Shown piece by piece: positions 26,027 to 37,000 of a stretch of 63,222 bases of DNA. The position numbers and the translations under genes were made by a program. The notes under the pieces are model-generated. The model was not told the DNA's origin. It worked only from the letters and a program-made list of their open reading frames with translations, and made no database searches. Within the stretch, counting starts at the first letter, position 1, and each line of letters begins with the position of its first letter. This stretch comes from Dendrobates tinctorius. Lineage: Eukaryota. The stretch covers positions 779 to 64,000 of the forward strand of contig NW_027361954.1 of the NCBI RefSeq assembly GCF_039654945.1. Reading direction: 5' to 3'.

Positions 26027-26168
26027 ATGGAGGGAGACAGGGCGGCCCATAGAGACCATGGCTGCCCTCCGTCCGCTGACAGAAACAGCAGGGGCGAGCG
26101 GCTCCAACCTGAGGCCCAAGGAGCTCACCACAAATGCCACAAGATGCTGCAGATGGCCATGGAGACAA
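26027..26168 (+). CDS. ATP23: ATP23 copy 1 exon 1
   Basis: [13 protein letters not shown]...[13 protein letters not shown]; donor A/GTAGGT at the same position as in copy 2. Confidence 0.8.
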
Positions 26169-29100
26169 GTAGGTGACAGCAGCCTGTACGTGTGGGGAGA
26201 GTGATCTGGCGGGTGTGTGCATACACTATGNNNNNNNNNNNNNNNNNNNNNNNNNNNNNNNNNNNNNNNNNNNNNNNNNNNNNNNNNNNNNNNNNNNNNN
26301 NNNNNNNNNNNNNNNNNNNNNNNNNNNNNNNNNNNNNNNNNNNNNNNNNNNNNNNNNNNNNNNNNNNNNNNNNNNNNNNNNNNNNNNNNNNNNNNNNNNN
26401 NNNNNNNNNNNNNNNNNNNNNNNNNNNNNNNNNNNNNNNNNNNNNNNNNNNNNNNNNNNNNNNNNNNNNNNNNNNNNNNNNNNNNNNNNNNNNNNNNNNN
26501 NNNNNNNNNNNNNNNNNNNNNNNNNNNNNNNNNNNNNGAGCCATACATGCAATTAACATCTAATATCTATTACACTAATGCTGACCCCTGTCACTTTCTG
26601 CCCCTCAGGTCCATACGCCAGGCTCCTTTTAGATGCCATGAAGAGGTCTGGTTGGTAAGTGTCACTTCCGGATCAGTAGAATTCCTTCGTTTTCCCCTGT
26701 CAGTGTCCCTAGAGTAAGGTAAGCCTTGTCCTGTTTCAGTGCTGCAGTTATAGAGATCATTTATATAAGGGTGGGCCCTTACTATGCTCCATTGCCTAAT
26801 TGGCACAGGAGCTGATTTCGAGGACCTCCAATCATGGCGGGCACTCAGCAAACCTCACATATCCGCATCGGAATGGTCATAGTGGCAAAGCTGTGTTAGC
26901 TGCTGCCACACATTGGATAAACAAGCCATGCCGAGCGGGCTGATAGAGGTACCCTTGTGTCTCCTTTGGGATTGAAAGGGAGCAGTGGGCAGCAATAGAG
27001 GGAGATGTGGGTGGTCACAAGTGCTAGATACAGATTGTATGATTAGGCAGCTGACCATCGTGGTGATAACCGCATTTTCTTGGCCAGAGTAACACACTAG
27101 AAATGTTCTCTGCTTTCTTGAATGGACCAAATACAACAGTTGGGACATAGCAATGAAGCTTTGATGTGTTCCAGCCCTCCAGAAATCCCTTTAAGTGCAC
27201 TTTGTCTTTTTCAGCACAGTTTCCCGAGATCGACATTTTTCCTGTGAGGATTGTGATGGATCAGTAAGTGGAGGCTTTGATGCAGATACGTCTGAAGTAA
27301 GTGAACATCTTAAAATCAAAGATTGTCCTTTAGCAGCGACACCTGTTGTGCGACCAATATTCACTCGATGCTGATACTTCATGGCAGCTTGCAACAAGCA
27401 CGTTGCTGAGAATCCAACAAGGTTGGTCACACTACCATTCAATGCCCCCCATTCCCTTGTATCACGCTGCAATGTAGGAACAACACCAAACACACCTTGT
27501 TTGCACAAGTGTCATGGCCGAGGTTGCTGTGTAACTCCAGCCTTAATATATTTACAATGTCTCATTGCCATTGGGTCATCAATATCAGTTCAGTGTGAGT
27601 CTGACACCAAGCACCCCCGTTGATCAGCTGACATCTCTGGCAGAGGCCGAATGAAAGCAATGTGTTTAGCAGAACACAACCGCTCCATATATTGCTTACT
27701 GGCTGTTGCTGAGTACTGCCGTCTATTCTCCAATCTCATCCATCTTCTGCCAGTGCAGCCATCAGCTGATCTGTGGGAGTAGCAGATGTCGGACCCCTGC
27801 CGATGAACAATCCTATGGTTAGGTATCGGGAACTTTAGTCCTGGACGGCCATTTATTATTATTATGATAGCACAATTTATTCCATGACGCTTTTCATGTG
27901 AAAAGGGGTATACATAGCAAAAACGAGTACAGTAATCTTACACAATAGAAGTCATGATTGGTATAGTAGGATGGAAGAACCTGCCCGCAAGGGCTCACAA
28001 TCTACAAGGATTGGGTAAGGATACAGTAACTGAGGGGAGAGCTGGTTTTGCAGCAGTATGGTGGAGCGATGGTTAGGCTGAGTTCACACGTGGCGTTTTT
28101 TTCGCATTTCCGCGGCGGTTTTAACCGCGCGATTTTGCCGCGAAAAATAAGCATCCCATGCATTCCTATGGGATTCCGCAATGCTGTGCTAATGCTGTGG
28201 TTTTTACCGCGGCGGAATCGCTTCGCGGTAAAAAACGCAGCATGCTCATTAATTTTGCGGAATCGCGGCGATCCCGCACCCATAGAAATGCATTGTTCCG
28301 CTTACTTCCCGCATGTGGCTGTGCACACCATGCAGAAAGTAAGCAGAACAATTGCGGATGGTACCCACGGTCCGGAGGAGAAAAGACTGTCCTCTGGGCT
28401 TTGGGTACCATATCCCTGTAAAATATAGAATTTAAAATAAAAAATATTGTTATTCTCACCTTCCGACGTCCCGCGCAGCCTTCCCGCCTCTCTCCACACT
28501 CTCGTTCCCAGTAATCCTTTGCGAAAATGCCCGCAATGACGTCCGTTCTCGCGGGATCGCAAAGTCTCGCGGTCATTCGCGCGACGTCATCGCGAATTAC
28601 CGCGAGACATCGTGATCCCGCGAGAACGGACGTTATCGCGGGCATTTTCGCAAAGGATTACTGGGAACGGCTGCTCGGGACGTCGGAAGGTAAGAATAAC
28701 ACCATTTTTTAATTTTTTTTTTTTTAACATCCTATCTTTTACTACTGATGCCGCATAGGCAGCCTCAGTAGTAAAAAGTTGGTCACACTCGTCAAACACT
28801 ATGTTTGACGAGTGTGACCAACCTGTCAATCAGTTCTCCAAGCGATGCTACAGATCGCTTGGAAAACGCTAGCATTTTGCAAGCTAATTACGCTTGCAAA
28901 ATGCTAGTTTTTCCGCGGGAAAATCGCGGGAATTTAAAATGCGATTTTCCTGCGGAATGGAATCGCTGTAATTTCCGCGAGAATTCCGGTACGTATGAAC
29001 CCAGCCTTACTGTACGTTGTAGGCTTATTGGAAGAGGTGGGTCTTCAGGTTCCTTTTGAAGGTTTCCACTATGGGCGAGAGTCTGATATGCTGGGGTAGA

Positions 29101-30989
29101 GAGTTCTAGAGTAGGGGGAAATGGGAAACACAGAAGAAATCTTGTATACAATTATGGGAAGAGGGAAGTAGAGAAAGAGATATTGTGAGAATCAGAGGTT
29201 ACATGCAGGTCAGTATCGGGAGACTAGGGCACAGATGTATGGAGGACACAGGTTGTGGATAGCTTTGTATGCCATGGTTAGGAGTGTCTGAGTAATGGGG
29301 AGTCAGTGAAGGGATTGATAGAGGGGAGAAGCTGGGGAATATCGGTGGGACAGGTGGATTAGTTGGGCAGCAGAGTTTAGGATAGAATGGAGGGGTGCGA
29401 AAGTGTTAGAAGGGGAGGTTGCAGTAGTCTAGGCGGGAGATGATGAGAGCATGGACTAGGGTTTTTGAAGATTCTTAGTTGAGGAATGTATGGATCCAGG
29501 AAATATTTTTGAGTTGGAGTTGGCAGAAAGTGAAAAGGTCTTGGATATGTGGTTTAAAGGAGAGATCGGTGTCAAGGTTTACCCCGAGGCAGCAAGCTTA
29601 TTGGACTGGGGAGAGTGGGCAGCCATTTACTTTAATGCATAGATCTGTTGGGGGGATTGAGTGACATGTAGGAAAGATGATGAATTCTGTTTTGTCCATA
29701 TTAAGTTTTAGAAATCTAGCTGAGAAGAAGGATGAAATAGCGGACAGACATTGAGATTCTGGTTAGTAGGGAGGCGCTATCTGGTCCAGAGATGTAAATC
29801 TGTGTGTCATCAGCATAGAGTTAAGTTTGCCAAAAGGCAACAAATCCCTTATCTAAAGATCTAAAAATGTAACTTTTATTATTAACTACTAAAGGAAACA
29901 AAACATTAAAACTTGCACTAGGTCAGTTTCAATTGGTGGACACTAGCCTGCTAGTATTAGAATAATCTTCCATCCTGTTTGTAGTGTTAATAGTCCTACC
30001 TATATATCTATATCATTTCATTCAGGTATATGGGTGAAGGTGTGGCCGCTACCTCTATACCATATCTGTTGCCCCAAGAGAGTTCACTGACGTGCTATGA
30101 AAAACTGCCCTAAGCCTCCCCAACATGTTTCACCAGTACCACTGGCATCATCAGGGGATTGAGCCTCCATTAGGTTTTTAGATAAGGGATTTGTTGCCTT
30201 TTGGCAAACTGTTAATTATTTTTATTACCTTCACTGACAGCAATTAATGTGTTAAGTCATCAGCATAGAGGTGAATAATAAAGTAACTTGGCCCTCAACT
30301 GAATAATCCTTTTCAAGACAAGGTTTTATTTTGGCAGTCACAAAAGCCGTTTCGGCCTACAATTGGCCTTCGTCAGTCTGCTGTAATTTATACAAACAAT
30401 ATATAAGAGGCAAGATCAAAATCTATCCTCAAACGGTACAGCAAAATGAGATCTGCATTTACAATTTATATGTCCAGACATGCAGGATAATATAAGAATA
30501 CCTATAAAATGAAACACGTTAACCTGTGATGATATAGAAAGAGAACCAGGTGGGAGAAAAGTAGAGAAATGAATAAGAAATGGCGGCCTACCCGACTGCT
30601 GTAAATAATGAGGTTAAAATGGAAGACTCTGTAAGATCCTATAGTGGAAAAAGAGGTGGTTCAAGATTGTCCAATCGGATGAAAAAGACAATAAAGTGCA
30701 GTGCTGGAGAAATCATACCTATTATGAGGCAGTGGTTTGAAAGCTACTGCAACATCCAACCGTCTATAAGACGTATAAAATGGGTGAGTAAATAATTAGT
30801 GGTAACTCATTAGAGAGAGAGTGACGAATAGAAATATATAAATATACACCTGGTAAATCAGGGAGAAATTGATGTTGGTAATGGAGATTGAATCTCTGAG
30901 GCTTTGTGCCTGTGGGGATATATGCCTAAGAAAAAATGGAGATTCATCAATATATCATACAAATGTTGAGAACAGATAAAAACTATGAG

Positions 30990-31031
<42 letters not shown>

Positions 31032-34000
31032 GTATCATATAGGGATTGATACCTGGTGGGTACAGGTTAATGCCTGTTGATGCTTTATCAGACTTGTGTT
31101 GGAGAAGCAGGTTTCATGCGACACTGGGAACGAGAATGGTGGCCAGTAAAAAAAAAACTGGGCCGTGAAAAATGCGGACAAAATAAATGGAAACCCAGAG
31201 GACTATAAATACATAGTATCACACAAAGGGTTGATACCTGTTAGCGCTTTACCATGGCAGTGTTAGGTTACATCCAGACGGACGCAGCTAGTGACTTCCG
31301 GTCCTTGAGTTCCGGTATGCGTGGACTAAGTCCCGCCTCCCTTCTATTTAGACTGACCTGTTACAATCCACTGGGCGTCCGGGCTAGCAGCGGATACTGC
31401 GTCCAGGTCTACACGCCCAGGCACTACACCTGCACAGTAAGCTCATAATGGCACAGTCCAGTGTAAACTCTTGTACCGCGGTTACACACCCGCAGTCCTT
31501 ACCACCTAGCGCTTTTTTTCACAGCGTCACATGTAACCTGACCCGTCAATACAAGCATGATAAAGCGCCAACAGGTATCAACCCTTTGTGTGATACTATG
31601 TATTTATAGTCCTCTGGGTTTCCATTTATTTTGTCCGCATTTTTTACTGGCCACCATTCTCGTTCAGTGTCGCATGAAACCTGCTTTTCCAACACAAGTC
31701 TGATAAACCATTAACCTGTACCAGCCAGGTATCAATCCCTATATGATACCACACATATATATAATCTCATAGTTTTTATCTGTTCTCAACATTTGTATGA
31801 TATATTGAGGAATCTCCATTTTTTCTTAGGCATATATCCCCACAGGCACAAAGCCTCAGAGATTCAATCTCCATTACCAACATCAATTTCTCCCTGATTT
31901 ACCAGGTGTATATTTATATATTTCTATTCGTCACTCTTTCTCTCTAATGAGTTACCACTAATTATTTACTCACCCATTTTATACGTCTTATAGACGGTTG
32001 GATGTTGCAGTAGCTTTCAAACCACTGCCTCATAATAGGTATGATTTCTCCAGCACTGCACTTTATTGTCTTTTTCATCCGATTGGACAATCTTGAACCA
32101 CCTCTTTTTCCACTATAGGATCTTACACAGTCTTCCATTTTAACCTCATTATTTACAGCAGTCGGGTAGGCCGCCATTTCTTATTCATTTCTCTACTTTT
32201 CTCCCACCTGGTTCTCTTTCTATATCATCACAGGTTAACGTGTTTCATTTTATAGGTATTCTTATATTATCCTGTATGTCTGGACATATAAATTGTAAAT
32301 GCAGATCTCATTTTGCTGTACCGTTTATGAGGATAGATTTTGATCTTGCCTCTTGTATATTGTTTGTATAAATTACAGCAGACTGACGAAGGCCAATTGT
32401 AGGCCGAAACGGCTTTTGTGACTGCCAAAATAAAACCTTGTCTTGAAAAGGATTATTCAGTTGAGTGCCAAGTTACTTTATTATTCACTTTTGTCTGGGT
32501 AACCTACTTGTGCACCCTGTAGTAGTGCCACGCTATACTTTACATCAGCATAGAGGTGACACAGAAAGCCGTGGGACTCTTGAGTGGTCCCAGGACAAGC
32601 CATAGGGATTCCATGTAAAACAGCAGAAATACTATCCGATGTCTGAATAATATTTCCCTGCTTTCAGATTGTGTTGTGCCAGAATAACATCCACAATCAG
32701 CCACACATGGACCGCGTGGTGACACACGAGCTGATTCATGCATTTGACCACTGCCGTGCACACGTAGACTGGTTTAGCAACATTCGCCATTTAGCGTGCT
32801 CTGAGGTAAGCAGATCACTTGCGTACATGAAGATGGCTTTCTGCATATGCCCATTATCAACTGATCGCTTAGTGATCTAAGCTGGCAAAGAAGGGTTACT
32901 AGCATTATAAAAGATCTGGTCCAGCTGTTGGATCCTTCAAGCAATAAAAGGGATATGCACCCAAAACATAAAGCACAAGGGTGGCAAACAAGATGGCGGA
33001 ACCTTCTGTTTTCATATATTAGATCTGCCACAACACAACATTGTCTAACCTACTTCTCCACCTCCTGATTTACTGATACAAGGCTAGTTTTCAATGTGGG
33101 TGGAAATGTATTTTTTTTTTGTTCTGTTTTTGATATTTTTTTTTATGCTCATATAATAGAAAACTTGGGAAGTACAAATGTATAATATTTTTTACAATCT
33201 ATATTTATTTAGAGGAAAGTGATAGACCTCGTGAGAAGTGTCCATATGTGTATACGGCTTTCTGATTGGCGTACAGATAAAGTACCACTCCAGCGCGGAT
33301 CTTTTTATGTCCCTTCTGTATGCTACCAGTGTTTTATGTTAATTGTATGCATTAAAATACTTATTGGTCAGTGTCTTCTACCATTTTCAGCACTCCTCTG
33401 TCTCAGCAATAGATGACTGACGTTGTTACCAGCCCCCACAGCATTTCTAGGTGTAAGTTTATGAGACTCTGAAGGTCTCCTAGACCTACAGTAATAATGG
33501 AAGTAATGGTCTCTAGTGTGAGTCTGCAATCACATGATGCCGAAGAGGGCACTTTAGAGATGGCAGAAGACAGCGACCAGTCTTTTAATGAACATACTAC
33601 ACACCTTACTAATTGCCTACGAAGGGGGCGAAAATATAAAAAAACAAAATAAACTCCCCTGAGTTCTCCTTTACCTAATAAGGAGAGAATCGTTGTCTAG
33701 GAGAAGTGCACAGGGCCCTTACTCTCCCTTCATATCTTATATTGGATGTGAAGACCTCAGTGGGCTCTGGTAGGTACAGTTATGGCATCCATACAACGTT
33801 TGAGGAGTCTCATGAATGAGTCCCATTAATTAGGAAATGACAATGCGCAATAATCCTTGAGCGTGCAGAGACGCTAATGCCAACTATACCAGCCGGAGTG
33901 CGTCAGTTTCTCCGCACACCTGATTGGGAGGGAGTGTAGAGGCACCGTGACTATAAGGCCAATTTCACACCTTCAGTATTTGGTCAGTATTTTACGGCAG

Positions 34001-37000
34001 TATCTGTAAGCCAAAACCAGGAGTGGGTGATAAATGTAGAAGTGGTACATGTTTCTATTATACTTTTCCTCTGGTTGTTCTTCTACTGTTCTAGGCTTAT
34101 AAATACTGAGGTAAAATACCCACCAAAACTCAGTATGTCCACATGGGCCAAAAGGACACGTGTTTCTCAGTAGTGACCAGTACAGATGTCGGTTTGACGG
34201 GCCAATGCTCCACTTTGATATTCTTGTAATTTACATTTTGCCATTTTCTACAGATCAGAGCTGCCAATCTCAGTGGGGACTGCTCACTTAGTAATGAAAT
34301 TAGCCGCTTTAACTTTGGCTTGAAACAACATCATCAGGTATGTCCCGAAGTGTGGGTACCTGTAGTGCCCTGAAAACATTCAGATAGCCTAATAAAGGGA
34401 CACCAGATCTAGAAGTGAATAATAAGCTAGTGGGAGATAAATGATTATTTCTGTGAGGTAAAACATTGCTCAAAAACGGGCAGTGAAATGTTTTACCTCA
34501 CAGAATCAGCTGTGATTCCAGTGCTATCTTGTCTATATTCTCTTTTGCTTCCTCCCCTGTCCAGGAGCTGTGGTACGATCAGACCATGTCCCTGTACGAT
34601 CCGACACGGCCATTACACAGCACGGGCACATTTATAAGATTATCTCAGCACAGGGACTTTTTTTAACCCCTTTCTGACCTTGGACGCAATAGTACTTCCA
34701 AAGTCAGATCCCCCGCTTTGAGGGCTCCGGCGGTGAGCCCGCATCAAAGCCGGGACATGTCAGCTGTTTTCAACAGCTGACAAGTGCCCGCAATAGGCGC
34801 AGGTGGAATCGCGATCCACCTGCGCCTATTAACTAGTTAAATCCCGCTGTCAAACGCTGACAGCGGGATTTAACTAGTGCTTCCAGCCACCAGGCCGGAA
34901 ATACGCGCATCGCTGACCCCTGTCACGTGATCGAGGATCAGCGATGCGTTGCCATAGCAACCTGAGGTCTCCTAGAGACCTCTATGGTTGTTGATGAGGC
35001 ATTGCTATGAGCGCCACCCGGTGGTCGGCGTTCATAGTAATGCTGTAATTCTGCTACATATAGACGATCTGCTCATCGCTTATATGTAGCAGAGCCGATC
35101 GAGTTGTGGATGCTTCTAGCCTCCCATGGAGGTTATTGAAGCATGGCAAAATTTAAAAAAAAGTTTTAAAAAATATGAAAAGAATAAAAAAATAAGTTTA
35201 AATCACCCCCTTTCGCCCTATTCAAAATAAAACAATTTAAAAAAAAAAAAATCACACATACACATTAGGTATCGCCGTATTCAGAACCATCCGATCTATC
35301 AATAGAAAAAAGGATTAACCTGATCGCTAAACGGCATAGCGAGAAAAAAATTGAAACAATAGAATTACGTTATTTTGGTCGCCGCGACAATGCATTAAAA
35401 TGCAATAACGGTCAATCAAATCACTGTATCTGCACATAAATGGTATCCTTAAAAACATCAGCTCGGCGCACAAAAAATAAGCCCTCACCCAACCCCAGAT
35501 CACGAAAAATGGAGACGCTACAGGTCTTGGAAAATGGCGCAATTTTTTTTTTCTTTTTTTTTTTTTAGCAAACTTTGGAATTTTTTTCACCACTTAGATA
35601 AAAAAGAACCTAGACATGTTTGGTGTCTATGAACTCGTAATGACCTGGAGAATCATAATGTCAGGTCAGCTTTACCATTTAGTGAACCTAGCAAAAAAGC
35701 CGAACAAAAAACAAGTGTGGAATTGCACTTTTTTCGCGATTTCACCGCACTTGGAGTTTTTTTCCCGTTTTAGAATACACCACATGGTAAAACCAATGAT
35801 GTCGTTCAAAAGTACAACTTGTCCCGCAAAAAATAAGCCCTCACATGGCCATATTGACGGAAAAATAAAAAAAGTTATGGCTCTGGGAAGAAGGGGAGTG
35901 AAAAACGAAAAAAGCTCCGTTCATTAAGGGGTTAAACACATCAAATAGTGTTACAGTATTTTTATTCTAAGATATATTGATTAAAATACACTTTTGTTCG
36001 TGGGAAAACCCCTTTAAAGAGAATCTGTCAACTCATTTTTGGCCTATGAGATGCGGCCACCGCCATCAGGGGCTATTTACAGCATTCTGTAATGCTGTAG
36101 ATAAGTCCCTGATGTAACCTGAAAGATAAGAAAATTGAGTTTTTGAAATAGAAATCCCTAATGCCATCTCTAGGAATATAATACTTACATGGATGAAGAA
36201 TTTCACTTTATTAATTAATGCCTCTCCCATCACCTCTAGTTAGAGTAATGGATCTACCAGGACTATATTTGGACCAAATTAAACTTAAGTCCACAGACTC
36301 GCTACACTCATTCAAAGAAGACTTAGATAATATTCTAACAGAGGGTACATTATTACCACTTTCAGAACTACAAAATAAATTCCCAAGCCAACATATTAAT
36401 TTTCTCCGCTATAATAGGCTTTAAAAAAAACAGTTAATTCGTACTTACAAACCAGACTCCCAATTAGAGAATTTACGACTTTTGAATCATTAATAACCCA
36501 ACACAAACAGCCCAAAGGAATTTTAGCAAAATTATACCAAACTCTCTTCTAGCAGACTCGCTACTGTAAGGTAGCGCTGTTATTCAAGTAGGGGATACTC
36601 GCTAAGCCGCCACAAAACCAGATCCGGCACGGGTTGTCCATAAACAATCATAGTCCATGCGGTTTATTTAGCATCATAAACCCACAGCAGCAACATAAAC
36701 TTCATAATATCAGCATAGCGTCCATGACACAGTTCAGCTTTGTAATCCCTGTGGTCACACAAGTTAGGCATACACAGGCTCCTCAGCCTCAGTTATCTCA
36801 CCCACGTCAGGGTTTCCTCATAGTCCCTTCATCATGCTGCAGATGTCCATTCCATCCAGGGAATCATCAGGCACATGCAGCCATTCAACACAGCGTTCCT
36901 TGCTGTCAGGAAGACAGCCCCCATCTCTCCCAGACGGGCCCTTCCAAAACGGACCAACCAGGTCCCTGCATTCACCTATGTGACCTACCCTGGCCACCTT

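Larger units (their letters stand above)
30271..32542 (+). mobile_element. Penelope-like non-autonomous element B: 2.27-kb fold-back with intron ladder and hammerhead-like motifs
   Basis: Inverted arms 30271-31256 and 31556-32488, spacer 31257-31555, tail 32489-32542; 17-bp TSD CATCAGCATAGAGGTGA (30258-30274 and 32543-32559). Confidence 0.8.
27851..32605 (-). mobile_element. 5'-truncated L2 LINE (RT C-terminal half), interrupted by a MITE and two Penelope-like elements
   Basis: Homologous to the L2 at 37748-38861; (TAA)n 3' tail at 27851. Pieces lie at 27851-28075, 29007-29820 and 32543-32605. Confidence 0.85.

Noticed and set aside
25928-26717. ORFs containing long X runs
   Set aside because: They read through the assembly gap.
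30580-32177. Twin 71-aa ORFs [13 protein letters not shown]... (30580-30795 plus, 31962-32177 minus)
   Set aside because: They are duplicates only because they lie in the two arms of the inverted repeat. They run antisense to the intron ladder and have no recognisable domain.
31437-32255. Intron ladder as a snoRNA host gene (GAS5-like)
   Set aside because: No paired C box (RTGATGA) and D box (CTGA) with terminal stems, and no H/ACA layout, were seen in the introns. The unit has a TSD, tail and hammerhead typical of a mobile element.
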